Source of the DNA: Lytechinus pictus
Taxonomy: Eukaryota
NCBI RefSeq assembly: GCF_037042905.1
Contig: NC_087252.1
Location: 186,001 to 250,000 of the forward strand
Direction: 5' to 3'
Length of the DNA stretch: 64,000 nt
The notes beneath the pieces were generated by a model that did no database searches, was not told the origin of the DNA, and worked only from the letters and a program-made list of their open reading frames with translations. The position numbers and the translations under genes were made by a program. Below, piece by piece: positions 1 to 14,032 of this stretch; position 1 is the stretch's first letter, and each line of letters starts with the position of its first letter.

Positions 1-313
1 CCTTTGGTCTCTCCTTCTTCTTGACCGTCGCTAAATCACGAGGTAACTGCTTCTCTTGGTTCTTCACATCGATGTCAGCACCAAAGCTGATCAGGTGATC
101 GATCACGCTCACCACGTAATCCTCATCAAACTCCCTCCCAGCGATGACGTGGAGCGGAGTGTTGCCGGCGTAGTTTTGCATCCTGAGGAGTTGTCTTGCG
201 TCAACGCCAGGCCATTCTAGGATGTTCTTGAGGATGTGCGTGTTTGGGGTCACATTGTTACAAGGTGGCAGCTCAACTGCATAGTGGATGGATGTGTAGC
301 CACTCTTCCTGTC
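1..313 (-). CDS. Nuclear IkB-like gene, exon 6 (ankyrin; runs off the window)
   Basis: cacag| acceptor at 314. DRKSGYTSIHYAVE...NYAGNTPLHVIAG...LISFGADIDVKNQEKQLPRDL. DRKSG.T..H and Y.GNT.LH are IkB-zeta/Bcl-3-type motifs. No stop before position 1. Confidence 0.92.
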
Positions 314-872
314 CTGTGGGGAAAAGGTGATAACAATCGGTATAAACATTCAAAGGCAGTAATGATAAATGAAATTTTACAATACAATAGAAGTATATAT
401 TTAGCGCTCTTCACAATGATTGTATCACAGCGCTTTACAAATTGAGCAAAGTCAAAATTGTGGAGAAAAAAAATTTATGAAATTCAATGCAGAAAAAATT
501 GCACGATTGCATTTTAAAATTTCTTTCAAGGTATTGCCAATTTAAAAAGCAACAATGTGCAATGGAATAATATGATAAGTTTAGGTTTAAGTTTATGGTA
601 GGGTATGGTGTTAAACCAAGGGTTGCGGTTGGTCATTCCATTAGTGTGTGGAATTTAGAGCGGAGCAAATGTCATGAAACCGTTTTAATTGGGCATTGCT
701 CCAAATTATTATTAGAGAAACTGATTGTAGACGAACTAGGACTGGACCAACTAGGATTGGACCAACTGGGATGAGACCAAAGGAATGTAGACAAAGAGGG
801 TGTAGACCAAGTGTCTGGTTGTGGACAAAATGGAATTAGTCCATGTTGGATGAGACCAAACAGGAAGTCCAA

Positions 873-1142
873 GGCCCAATCTTACAAAGAGTTATGATTG
901 ATCCAATCAACCTCAACTGTAAGGAAATCCATCAATGTCATGATTTTATTCTGCTGGAATTTCAGACAACGTCCTTTGTAAACAAAGAGAAGCTCACTGG
1001 AAACTCAAGAAAATGATGAATGTATGAATATACACCATATAGAAAATATTTTGAATACACATATACTTTAGATGTTGGCGTTGCTGGCTTTCCATAGTTG
1101 TGATTAATCAGATCAATCGTAACTCTTGGTAAGACGGGGCCC
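873..1142. mobile_element. Small MITE (GGCCC ends, Harbinger-like) in IkB-like intron
   Basis: GGCCCAATCTTACAAAGAGTTATGATTGATC vs GATCAATCGTAACTCTTGGTAAGACGGGGCC. Confidence 0.7.
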
Positions 1143-1158
1143 AGGTGATAACACTTAC

Positions 1159-1307
1159 CTGGAATGCAGGATCAGCCCCTAGGTAGAGTAGATTCTTGAT
1201 GGTATCCAAACTATCCACCATCTTATCAACATACATGCATTGAGTACCATCATAGACACGGGCAAGGCGACCATGAGCTTGAATAGCACACTGCAGTGGG
1301 GACATGC
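1159..1307 (-). CDS. Nuclear IkB-like gene, exon 5 (ankyrin repeat with internal insertion)
   Basis: cag| acceptor at 1308, |gtaagt donor at 1158. GMSPLQCAIQAHG...LDTIKNLLYLGADPAFQ; the mid-repeat insertion resembles the ankyrin-4 insertion of IkB-zeta/IkBNS. Confidence 0.9.
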
Positions 1308-1987
1308 CTGATGAAAGACAGAGAAAGAACATGTAAGTATAGATTCAAGCTGCAAAGCTTCAAAGCTATTGTTCAGGGGGAATGATCAAGTGTGTCATCT
1401 ACCCACTTCTCCTTTTCCTCTATCTTCACCTATGCCTCCTCCTCCTTCTCCTCCTTCTTCTCCTCCTACTCCTTTATCTTTTTATCTTCCTACTACTACT
1501 ATTACGCCTCCTTATCCTCCTCTTCCTCCTTCACTCCTACGCATTTACAAAAAGTCCATAAATGTCAATAAATGACATCTGACTGCAAACATAAGAATCT
1601 CACTTGTTTGGCACAGGCTTTCTACACTGAGGACCCTTGTTCAACTCTCTTTCTCAATCCTTCATCCCAGCTTATTATTGGTCTTAGACTCTGGCATCTC
1701 TGTGACTGTATCAGACATATTGAACTAATATTGAGGGTACATCAATTTTAATAAAACCCATTGCCTATTTGATCTGGGGCTGCTAAATAATCACTAATTA
1801 TTATTTAATGGTGAATATCATTTCCCGCAAGAAAGGATCACCAGTCATTCTTAAAGTCACTCTTAACTTACAAAAAAGCTTTATGAAACGGCAACTAGGA
1901 CGATCTCTGTGCATTATCTATGGGAATCACAGAATTCAGTAGTCAACGGGTTATGAAATGCACAATTTGAGAAATCGGTAGACTCAC

Positions 1988-2201
1988 CATTCTTATCTTC
2001 AATATCGATTTGGATGTTGGCAATCATCTTCTCACACAAACAGTGGAATATGGCCAGCAGAGCGTTAGAAAAACCTTTGGCCGCTGCATAGTGGAGGACA
2101 GTCATTTGTTCCTTGTTTCGCTTCATGATGTCAGCACCGGCTTTAAGAAGTTCAATAATGAGATTTGGTTGGTTTGTCACGATACAGATATGAAGAGGTG
2201 T
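1988..2201 (-). CDS. Nuclear IkB-like gene, exon 4 (ankyrin)
   Basis: cag| acceptor at 2202, |gtgagt donor at 1987. TPLHICIVTNQPNLIIELLKAGAD...TVLHYAAAKG...DIEDKN; phase 0 in, phase 1 out. Confidence 0.93.
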
Positions 2202-2462
2202 CTGGAAGGAAGAATAATAATGAAATTTGATGAATATGATGCTCCTGATTGATAAAAACATATACGTGATGATGGGAATGATGATGAAATCAGATTATAA
2301 TGATGGTGGTATTGGTGATGACAATATTGATGGTGATGAAGATGATGTTGATGAAGAAGATGATGATGGTGATGACAATAATGGTTATGATGATGCTGAT
2401 ATTGAAGATAATGATGATGAGGTGCCTACAGTTGTTATGATCACAATCCAGCAGACTCATAC

Positions 2463-2577
2463 CTGTCCGATATTGTCCTGAAGGTTCAAGGCATCCCTTC
2501 TTCCACTCTTCAACAACCGATTGATGATCAGGCGTACAAGCTGCGTGTTCCCCTGGCTAATAGCTATGTGAAGAGCA
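2463..2577 (-). CDS. Nuclear IkB-like gene, exon 3 (ankyrin)
   Basis: tag| acceptor at 2578, |gtatga donor at 2462. Translates (S)ALHIAISQGNTQLVRLIINRLLKSGRRDALNLQDNIGQ; phase 2 in, phase 0 out. Confidence 0.92.
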
Positions 2578-3165
2578 CTATCAAAATTTCAAAATCAAAC
2601 AAAAAATCAATGACAATAATAATTACATTGGAACGTCTCTAAGCGCTTTCCAGATATATTACTACCCTGGTTATCAGATCTTGGCATGCCACCCCTCCCA
2701 CACAAAACATACTTTCTCCACAACCCAGGGAGCATTCCAACAAGAGTTTCAAGACTCACTTGCTAGTCATACTACATGTATGTAGGCTTTTGCATCCTAC
2801 ATGTACAGTAAAGGGTACCCATCTAACAGCCAAGAGGAGGGTGGCAAAGTGTAGATTGACGAAATGCCAAAGTATGCTAGGTCGCTGTGGGATTCAAACA
2901 CTTTACAAGGGGAGAGTCAGAACGAACAATCCAAATTGTCATTTCATTTAAGATCAGTGTCAAAAAACCTATTTGAAACACACACTGGCTACTTACACCA
3001 AGATTTGATGATCTTGGGTTATTTCTGGGGAAGATTTCACGAAAAAATTGGTGTTCTTATCCAACTATTTGTTATATTAAAGCTACAGAACTTCTTGCAT
3101 AGATCTGAAATTCATCTGTGGAAATCACTGATTATCAGTTACATGAAATGTTCCAAAGTACTGAC

Positions 3166-4756
3166 CTGTCTCCTTCCTCATCCAAAGAACACAAGACATC
3201 CAGAGGCATATTGTTGACTAGATTCTCCAAGTTTCTATTATGATCTTGAGGGGTAGGAGGAGGTGTGACCATCTGCATTTGGTTTGATCCAGAGTATATG
3301 GTGTGCTGATAGGCAGGTTGCTGGCTAACCATTGGTTGGCTTACTTGGTTCCGATTGTATGGGCTCTGAACATAGTGATAATTGTCAGGTGGAATATGAC
3401 ATTGTGGGCTTGGAAGCTCTGCAGTCGAGGCCATGAGATCCTCTTTGATTCGTTCAATGCTCTGCAGGGCCATTTCAGCCTGCGATGGCTGCTGTTGTTG
3501 CTTCTGATACACCGGCTGCTGCTGCTGCTGCCGGTTTTGGATGATGTACCTCATCTTATCTGCAGAAATCTGATTTAAATTTACATTGGGTCGTTTGCTG
3601 TTGTCGATGACGACCCCGCTGTTGGTGCCATTTACGGAGGTGTAATTGTAGACGCTGGGGTTGTGAGGAGGTGAGGCGATTCCAGAATCTTCGCTTTGGA
3701 CACTAGGAGGGGAGTTGAGAATGACCATGTTTTCTGGAGAATACGGCGAATTTGGCGAGGTGGACATGCCTTGGTAGCTATCAGCTGGTGACATCATGGA
3801 TTGGGGTGATAGCTGAGGCTGTGCTGGGGAATACGCCGAGGAGTAAGCTGGAGATGGAGCCTGTTGCATTGTATGAGCAGGACTCAGAGAAGACACGCTA
3901 CCAGGTGAGTTTGGGTCACAGCTATCTGTTGGAGATGGAGGCCAATATGATTCCACCGGTTCATTCCTAGTGACGGTGGTCTGCGGCCTGGATACGTTCT
4001 GCATGGTACGACCATCTGTGTGAGGGGCAGGGGTCATACCAGGGGGCATAAACTTCCTATCTGAAATGACGATAAATTGTCGATTCGGTGGATGATGGGT
4101 TACTGGAGCAGCATACACCTGCTGTGGCTGTTGACATGGTTGAACACAAGTTGGTTGATTCCTAGAGTATGGTTGCATCCTGACCTGTGGAGGACTGCTT
4201 CGAGTAGGACCTTTTGAAACCAGATTGTTCCTTTCCTGCACCTCCTCTTCCATCCTCTTCTCAAAGCCATCTTTCTTCTCACAACTCAAGTCCATTCGAG
4301 TCATCTTTGTGGCAAGTTTGTCAACGGATGACTCCTCTGATTGCTCTTCAGGAATCCTCTGATGCTTCTGGTAGTGGTAAGCTGCAGGAGAGCTCTTCCG
4401 TCTTCTCAGCTCACTCTCTGCGCTCTGGTAGATACTCTGGTCTAAGTGGCCCTGGTTGGGAATCCTTGCATTCTTCATCTTCTTCAGTCCAAGAATTTCA
4501 ACAGAGCTAGCTTTTGGCTTCTCCTTGTACTCCTTCCGCTTTACTTCGGCCGTCTTCTCCATCTGTTCCTCATTGTGTTTCCCATTGCATTGAGTGTCTC
4601 CCTCTGGAGCTGCTGTCTTCTCTATCCCTGCAGACGAATTCTTGTCTTGTTGTATAACTTCTTTTCCAGTAGGGGACGCAGTCTTGCACTCACTCTCCAT
4701 CTGGCCATTCTTGTTTGGTGCCATGATGGTGGTAGATTCTGATGGGAACGGTTTGT
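3166..4756 (-). CDS. Nuclear IkB-like gene, exon 2: long Ser/Pro/Gln-rich region leading into ankyrin repeat 1
   Basis: 551-aa ORF in the track. Pyrimidine tract plus ctag| acceptor at 4757; donor AG|GTCAGT at 3165. Ends in LDEEGD, the typical start of the first IkB ankyrin repeat. Contains DSGIAS. Confidence 0.9.
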
Positions 4757-7700
4757 CTAGATGATAAAAATAAAACAAACAGAAAGGCAATGTAAATTGC
4801 AGGCTAAAGTCATTATTTTAAGGGCTACTAATTTTGTTCAACAGGCAAAGTCTTTCTTATTATTCTGCTGTATGTAGGATACTGATTTTTAAAAACTTTC
4901 TAGAATCGTTTGTGGTAGATCTTGAAGGGTAATTCCATAAAATATGTACGTCCGACCATGTGGGACCTTCATGAAATTTTCTGTCTCTGAATTCTTGTTA
5001 TTTTGACAGTCTGTAATGTTCTCAAAGGACAATGACTTGGTCAGTTTATGAAGTGAAGTAAGACTTGAGAAAAATGGGGGTCAGACGTACAAAAAGGTTT
5101 ATGATTTTATGGAATTACCCTGAAGCAAAGTTTAGAAAAGATGGTCACCCCAAAGCATTCAATCTCTGAATTTTAAGTGCAATTTGGGTCGCAATTAGGG
5201 CGATTGTCAACCTCATCTACTTCCTACACTGAAATAAATGAATTATAAACCCCTGATCCGCAGACTAACAATACTGAAGCATTCTCAATTTCTTTGAATA
5301 TAGATCTTTCAAGTTTTGATTTAATTGTGGTTGGATTCAGTATACATACATCACATGTAGGTAGGTGTTTCTAGGATAAAGAATACCCTTTTCTGTCACC
5401 AGTTTCTGTTTCCATGATTTATTACCCAAAACTTCCTCATTTTCAATACGGTTTGATCTCGGCCCATGAGGTCAAATCAGTCAGGTGAGCCTGTATACTA
5501 TTGATGGATATAAGAACATTCAATAGAAAGACAAAGAAATGTCACAACTTTCTTATTTTACATCCGATTTTGATGGAATTTTCAGTGAATTGTGCTTGTT
5601 TGATTTTTTTCTCATAGATTGATTCAAATCAACAATTTTCTGGGGTGGACTTGACCTTTTAAGTATTAGATCTACATGTATTTGATAAATCATAAAACAA
5701 AACAAGATGAAAGATTCTCAATTTTTTTCTAGAACATTTAATTGTTGACAGAGAATCGAGCCACTTAAGAAGAAAAAGAAACAGAAATGATACTGATAGC
5801 ACTAAAAAAAAGAACCTTTGTATGACTACTTTAATACAAATCATGCTATTAAATGCAAAGAACAGTCAGGACAAGACGTATCCCCATAGCATAAAGAGCA
5901 ACTGTACCTTGATTCTGGGGCTACATGTACGTTTCTACATGCAGGTGATACATTTAGAACACAGAGAATTACATGTACAGTATGTAAGTCACTGGCAGAT
6001 CCAGGGAGGGGGGGGGGGCACAGCCGGCCCTTGTCCCCCCCTCCCATTTTGAGAGGCACGATTAAAATTTGTAATGTAACATAAGTGTGCCCCCCCCCTT
6101 TTGGAAAATCCTGTATCCTCCCCAGATGTATTAACTAGTATTAATCCATCCATGAGTAATAAAAACTGCATTTTTTTTAACTACCACAAAAGTGAATGGA
6201 TTAGCCTACAGACAATGAGTGAACTAAAGAGGAAAGTATTTATTAGGGAAATTCAGCTCCTATTTTTCTTTATTCCCATTCAACCATGGAGTATGGGAGA
6301 AAAGGTCTATCAGAAAGGGAACTCAGACCAAAAAGACCTTACAACAATTACTATTGCCAGGGTTATGACTGACTGCATGTCTTCAGTGATTTTATTCTAA
6401 AACCTCAGCTGGTTTCCAAATTTTGATTATTTTTTTTTATTCTCAAAACTTCATGCTTTGAAGGAAACTGGAGCAATTATTATTATAGAGCACATACAGA
6501 ATGTATCATTTTACAATGGCATGCAGCTGCGGAGGGGTACGTGTAAATTACCCTCTCCCCCTAAAAAAGCACCGACAAGCTTGATCGCTTTGCTACGAGT
6601 CTTGTAACTAGTCTTGTCCCTCTCCCCCCCCCCCCCATGGAAATAAAAATCCTGCATTTCCGAAAATGCATTTTATGAAAACATTTTTATCTCACATTCC
6701 AATATTACAATTTAGTGGTCATTGGAATTTTTTTGGGGGAGGGGGGTTCAGCCAACACCATTAGAATTCAAATTTGGTGATCTTGCACCCTCTCTTGGTA
6801 ATGTTTTTAGTCTTTTAGTACTTAAACTTTACAAGTTTAGTCAAATTAACTAATGTTATAAAGCTGCAAAGATAGTATGCTGGAATTTTCAGCTCATTCC
6901 ATGAGCATTAAGCTGGAGAAAATTTTGATTCTTTCTACTGACCAAAATAAAAATGTTGTTGTAAAATCAATAAATATCCATTGTAAGCTAGGAATAATTT
7001 TCCAAGTATCACATCACAATTTGCTCAACATTGTTTGAAAACTGCTACACAAAAAAGTCTTTTGTGTCAATCTACATGTAGGACTATATTTTTCTTGCTA
7101 GAGACCTGGGCTTTTAATAATTCTATTATTTCAATTTAAATGTTAACATGTTATTTCCATCTTTATTAACATATTTTGATGCTTTGTTTTATGGCAAATG
7201 GCAAATAAAGATGAATTTATATGAGAGCTTAATATCTCTTTAGAAATATCTTTTCGAATACTATGGACAATCAAGAAGTAATAAAATATAGACTAATATT
7301 AAAGATAGACTACAAGTACATGTAGACGGCACATACAGTATTCCACTTTTAATTAGGGTAAAAAATATTAGTTGCAGAGATCACATAACAAATGATGAAA
7401 TTAATAGAGATCTTCCACCTATCTCCACCACGGTTAGGTTTGCTCGTCACTGTTTCCATAGTGAGAAGGAAGTTATTTCTGATGTACCGTACTTTTGTTG
7501 CGCCTCCAATAATTCATAAAACAAGGGGACAGAGATCTTTCAATTGTGTTGATTGCATGGATACAAATAATTTGTTAAATGATTTACTAACTCTCATGTC
7601 AGATCACATATTCATTCTCGATGCGTCTGATTTGTAATACAGTGTACATGTACATCTCTTTAAAGGTCAAGTCCACCCCAGAAAAATGTTGTTTTGAATA

Positions 7701-10576
7701 AATAGAGAAAAATCAACATAGCATAACGCTGAAAATTGCATCGAAATCGGATGTAAAATAAGAAAGTTATAGTATTTAAAAGTGTCGCTTTAATATTTTT
7801 TCACAAAACAGTGATATGTACAACTCAGTGACATGCAAACGAGACAGGCAATGATAACCCTCACTCACTATTTCTTCCGTTTATATTGTTTGAATTATAC
7901 AATATTTCATTTTTTACAGATTAGACAATAAGGACCAACTTGACTGAACCATGATATAGTATTAAACAATGCTACATGTAATTCCACATCTACAGGGGAA
8001 AAAATTATCATTATTTCACTTGGCAATGAGGAGAAAATAAGAATATTTCACATTACAAAATACATAAGAAATAATGAGTGGATTACATCATCAGTCTCCT
8101 CATTTGCATACCGACCAGGATATGCATATACATGTAACTGTTTTGTGAAATTAAGCAAAACTTTGAAATGTCATAACTTTCTTAGTTTACAACCGATTCT
8201 GTCTGACCTTTCTATTTCTCTCTTTCTGTCTTTTTCCCTCCTTCTCTCTCTATCTCCCTGTTGCTCTTTCCCACTCTCTCGTCTATTATGATCGCCATCA
8301 TGTCACTTTCCTTCTTATAATTCTTATATTTGTAATCTGCAATTTATTGTTTACTTGTGGGTCTTTTTTTCCCTCCTTTCCTTTTTTCCCTCTTTCCTTT
8401 ATTTTTGCTACATCCCCCTCTCTATTCTCACCTTTTCACATGCTTACTCTTGCTCCCCTTTCTTGCTCCTCACCTGCTTTTTTTTAATTTAATATATATT
8501 ATAAATTAAATCTGAAAGTCAAAAGGGGCCTAAGCTTTCGATCCTAGCAGAATCTTCGTCGGAGGCAAAAAAATTAGATATTTATTGCTGCAATTTATTT
8601 CATTATAAGGGAGACATATTATTCACACAAGTATGAAATAATGAAAAAAATATGATTTTTATGTAATAACATAAGAAAATGGAAAGTGGAGATGTGACAT
8701 CATCAGCCCACCTAATGAATATTCATGACAACTGTTTTCACAAAACATTGCTAAACTTTAAACCTCACTAACTTTATTATTTGTTATCCGATTTTGATGA
8801 AATTTTCGGCATTTTGCTCAGTGAATTCTACTCTATGTATTAAGATATAAATATTTTCAGCCCGGACCATCCCTTTAAGCTTTGTTCCTGAAAACCATAC
8901 TGTTCATGCAGGAAGATGAATCAGACTAGTAGGTGTTACTACCTGGTAGGGAAGTAGAGGTTATTGAGTTAAACCCCCCCCGACATAAAACAAAAACAGG
9001 AACTTGATACGTCAAGGGAACACCAGCTTCCCCACAAGCCAGTTTCCAATTGTTCCTTGGAAGCGGGAACAGGGAAATTATCATCCAGCCAGTATATGGA
9101 GGCAAAGACATGTACATGTAGCACACTAATGATGAGTCTGAGTTTCTACTGTAGAATGAAATCATGTTAATTTTTAGAGGGGTACTTCAGGCAGAAACTA
9201 TGATTTTATCAGACAACTCTGATTTTCATAAAATTGGACAAGGAATGACAATGTGAGTTACTGTACATGTACATGTATGTTTGCATTTTATATGCATATC
9301 TGTAGTCTGCTGATCGCAAATTGAACGTAGAAAAGAAGATCTGTTTGCATTTATTGATGGAACAGTTCTAGAGTGTATGAATGTCTCATTACTCTAATAG
9401 TAAGCTCATAATTTCATCTCCCCACTATTATTTCACTACATGAAATCATGTTAAATTAAAAATAAATACCGGTAGAGCTTTTTTAATACAGACAACATCC
9501 TGTGGTATCATATTCACAGAAAGAGGCATTGCATACATTAATACACTAGAGAGACTATGCCAGTGATCAAATTTGGAAATATTTGTTGTATATCACTAAA
9601 TTTGGGCTTTTATTTATTGTGTTGTACGCTTTTGGCACATCCACTGAATTTGGGGTTTGATTACATAACATGTATAAACACTTTCTACTAGTAATATGTT
9701 GTTGGTGATGAAATATTTACGGTACATGTCCATGTAAGTATTCAAACCACAAATGCTTAAAGTCAGTGAAACCAAAATCTCTGGATTCTCTGCAATCGCA
9801 AATTTGTTCAAGAATTTCCAATATTTTGCTTGGTCAATTCTACTTTAGTCATCATATTATTTTAGCCTTTTTTAATCCTTCAACTTTCTGAAAATTACAT
9901 GATTGTCAATATCAACTTGTGAGTTTGACTTTTTTTCTAAAGAACGGAAATTCAGGCAGAACACTATGTGATTTAACTTTCAGAAAGTTGAAGAGGGTAC
10001 TCCAGGGATCCGTTTCATAAAGCTGTTTGTAAAAAAAAAAAAGAGCGACTTTAAGAACGACTGGTGAACCTTTCTTTTCGCGCTATCACCAATGAACATT
10101 TAATGGTGAATATCATTTATCACAAGAAAGGATCACCAGTCGTTCTTAGGGTCACTCTAAACTTTATGAAATGGCCCACAGGCCTAAAAAAATATGATTC
10201 AAGCCTGAATTTAGAAATAAAAATCAAACTAAACAATGATATATCATAATGGATGACAAATTGCAAAAGTTATGGCACTTTAAATTGTTCATTAAACATA
10301 AATGTATGACATGTAGTAAAGAATGGTGGGCGAGTCCATGCTATATCCCCCACTTTTGTTTGTCATGTCATGCTATCAATGCTTTTCACAATTGGTTATA
10401 GTTGACAGGAGATCCATGACCATGGCTTTGGCAGCCTTGGATTTTAAAAGCGCTACAAAGTATCCTTCAAACATTTAAACATAAGACTTCAGTCACAGTC
10501 ACAACCATGAAAGAAACTAGTCATCAAACTTTAGTTCACTTGTCTTAGCTTTCTCATGCCCCATTACAACTTCTTT

Positions 10577-11359
10577 TTAAAGGGAAAGTTCACCCTGACA
10601 AAAAAATTATTGTAAAAATAGCAGAAAAACAATTATTGCAAAAAGTTTGAGAAAAATCCATCAAAGAATTAAAAAGTTATTAGAATTTTAGTTACTTGAT
10701 TTGTGAAGTCATATGCAAGCAGCATTCCTACATAACAAATGGTAAAAAAATCAGTGAAATGTCATTTTCTCAGAAAATTGAAAATGGTTTTTACTGTACC
10801 TTTTGTATAGATCTATCAATAGACAAATAATTTAACACCCGATCATAAAAAGAAAACAAAAATAAGTCATCAGGAACCATTACAAAAATGAAATTCATCA
10901 TATTCATGCACATCATATTACATAACAATATGGAGCAGCTGCTCGTTTATGATGTCACAAATCAAAAACTTAAATAACTTTCTTAATGTGGAGCGTTGTG
11001 GCCCAGTGGATTAGTCTTCGGACTTTGAAACAGAGGGTCGTGGGTTCGAATCCCAGCCATGGCGTAATTTCCTTCAGCAAGAAACTGATCCACAGTGTGC
11101 TGCACTCAACCCAGGTGAGGTAAATGGGTACCGGTAGGAAGTAATTCCTTGAAAAGCTGTGTGCGCTATGAACGCCTAGCTTAGCCGGGTAATATAGGAG
11201 CGCCTTGAGCACCTAACAAGGTGGATATGTGCGCAATATAAATATCCTATATTAATCTTTTTTTAATCAGATTCCCCTCAAACCTTCACCAATAGTTTTT
11301 ATTATTTTTTTCTGCTATTTTACAACAAACTTTTGTGCAGGGTGAACTTCCCCTTTTAA
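10577..11359. mobile_element. TTAA-flanked MITE family C
   Basis: TTAA-AGGGAAAGTTCACCCTG...CAGGGTGAACTTCCCCT-TTTAA. Confidence 0.8.
10987..11252 (+). mobile_element. tRNA-derived SINE nested in a TTAA MITE
   Basis: A box TGGCCCAGTGG, B box GGTTCGAATCC, body CACTCAACCCAGGTGAGGTAAATGGGTACC, AT-rich tail; interrupts MITE 10577-11359. Confidence 0.85.
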
Positions 11360-11773
11360 CACCTGGATCCTATGATACCCAAAGATTACACTGTATTGGA
11401 TTGATTAATCAACGCATGCTCATCAAATTGAATATCATCTCATCTCAAGTTGTTCTTCTCCCGATATTTGAGGATCATCGGTTACCTGCAGATTGGTTGA
11501 CTTGGAGTTTAAATGATTTTCATGAAATTTCATTCTTCAAATTTCATTCTTCCTGAAAAGAGTAAATTTCAACAATCAGATCAAGAATCTTGACTTTATC
11601 TTCTTGGCGAGATCTATATTATGATATGAGTGACTTTTTATTACGATCTGGGGATATGATATGACTTTATGAGGAAATGGGCCCAAGATCGATCTGACCC
11701 AACTTTCCAAATGTCCAAGAAAAGACTGGCTAAAAGTATGAGTAGATCTAGTCTAGGCCTATGAAAACTTAAG

Positions 11774-12364
11774 TTAAAGGGATGGTCCAGGCTGAAAATA
11801 TTCATATCTTTAATACATAGAGTAGAATTCACTGAGCAATATGCCGAAAATTTCATCAAAATCGGATAACAAATAATAAAGTTAGTGAGGTTTAAAGTTT
11901 AGCAATGTTTTGTGAAAACAGTTGTCATGAATATTCATTAGGTGGGCTGATGATGTCACATCTCCACTTTCCATTTTCTTATGTTATTACATAAAATCAT
12001 ATTTTTTTCATTATTTCATACTTGTGTGAATAATATGTCTCCCTTATAATGAAATAAATTGCAGCAATAAATATCTAATGCACTAAATCAGTTGTCAATC
12101 CAATTTTTCTAGTTCTTGGAGGAAAAAATTTGAATAAACCTAATTTCATATAATAAAATACAAAAGAACAAGTGGGGATGTGACATCATCAGCCCACCTA
12201 ATGAATATTCATGACAACTGTTTTCACAAAATATTGCTAAACTTTAAAATTCAATAACTTTGTTATTTGTTATCCGATTTTGATGAAATTTTCGGCATTT
12301 TGCTCAGTGAATTCTACTCTATTTATTAAGCTATAAATACTTTCAGCCCGGACCATCCCTTTAA
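11774..12364. mobile_element. TTAA-flanked MITE family B
   Basis: TTAA-AGGGATGGTCCAGGCTGAAA...TTTCAGCCCGGACCATCCCT-TTAA; partial second copy at about 8575-8878. Confidence 0.85.
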
Positions 12365-13384
12365 TGTCCAACTTCTCATTTGTATGATGGTGTGACCTTA
12401 ATTCGTGCGTGACCTAATTTTGCACATGATCGAATTTAGATCTAGTATATAAATATCTTGAAAAAATTATATCACCAACAGTAAAAGCGACCTAAAATTA
12501 AGTTTCTTTAAGGTAAGGTCTCAATTTGTAAAAATATTTGCAAAACATCAGCAAATTTTGTTAACCTTTTGCATCCGCTCCAAGAAAATCCGATCTTCTT
12601 GACAAGCATCAAGAAATCGCTAGTTTGCAAAGAGATGTCTCCAAAAATAGGATCTACACATTGTAGATCTAGATCCAAGTAAAATATGATACCAACCGAA
12701 TTTATGGCATTTTAACCTCCATCTGAATTTATCTGTCTTCTTGATTTTGTTTCTAAAGCTTTGCTAAATGATCGTGCACAAATTAAGGTCACACTTTTTT
12801 ATGACACTTTTTCAGCCAAGCATGCACTAGAATTCTAGGAAGTCTAGGCCTAGTTGATCACCATGGAATTTTAATTTGAGATCGCTAGATTCTATACCAG
12901 GGCAGCGAAACCCTTCATCATCATCATCATCTGTACGGGAGGGTAGGTAGTCCTGTAGATCTCCCGGTCGTAAACACTTGATGCATAATTAAAATTCTAA
13001 CAAGTACAGTGCGGGCGTGGATGTCGGACAAATTCAAAATGTTTGCTTGACCAAAAAGAATCTAATCCGTGTTTAAGTGAGTTAATGCTGGAGGACATAG
13101 TGTTGCACCTACTTCTTAATTCCATCAAGCGAATATGACTTTTGGATCTTTCCTTCCATCTGGTACTACTAGTAAGTAGTAGTGGTAGGCCTATTCATGA
13201 ATTTGATTAAGTTTGTGTAAACTGTGAGAATTTTTTTCCTGAAAATCAATTTCATAATTTTTCAAATTGTGCACAAATTATGTTCAGTCACCCATCTTAA
13301 AAACCAGATTTCAGATAGATCTAGATCTACAGTATTAGAACTTAGAAGTCAGAAGCCCATTTGTTTTGTGTCTGGATCAGTTAC

Positions 13385-14032
13385 TAGTTATGGTGAGACT
13401 ACCACATATCGACCACCTCTTTTGAAACCAACCACCTTGCGCGTTAAAATTATTGCGTATTACAAACAATACGCGCGGGAGAGTAGGCGCAGTGTCCATA
13501 GAAACGGTAAGAATCGATTTTATGAGAAAAAAAAGAATCAACAAAAAGTAAAAATTTAGTAGAATTAATCAAAATTGTACAGTATTGACCAGACCCAAAC
13601 CCCGCTGAAAAACCACCGATAGGAAACGGCTTTAGAACAAATATCCGTCGTCAATCGTCGAGTCCTGTGCCGGAGCTCGCAGTGGAAGAGGTGAGATGAT
13701 CATTTTTTGATTTAGCATGTTTACATCATAGAACTGATTTGGAAGAGTAAAAATATTTCGCCACCGCGACAAGAATCGGCCGTAAACTTAGTGTATCGCG
13801 GGTGGTCGGTTTCAAAAGACGGGTGCAAATAAGCAAATGTAAAATCGTCGTATTCGTTGTTCGTCGATATATACGCGGATTGAATCGGAGTCGCCGAGCG
13901 AAACATGGGAATCTGATCTGCTCAATTTTCTGCACAAATGAGACGAAAACTGGGTAAAATTGATGAATATTTTCGCAGATACGATGCTTAGAAGATTAGG
14001 TGGTCGATAAGGGGTAGTTCCAACCATACTAC
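13385..14032. mobile_element. TIR element in IkB-like intron 1
   Basis: TATGGTGAGACTACCACATATCGACCACCT vs AGGTGGTCGATAAGGGGTAGTTCCAACCATA, inverted. Confidence 0.65.

Noticed and set aside
672..872. Ser/Trp-rich ORF
   Set aside because: Derived from GACCAA subrepeats of a repeat fragment within an intron.
2227..2481. Asp-rich ORF
   Set aside because: (GAT)n low-complexity sequence in an intron of the minus-strand gene.
10987..11066. tRNA gene
   Set aside because: A/B boxes continue into a SINE body and tail, nested in a MITE; no Pol III terminator after the tRNA-like part.
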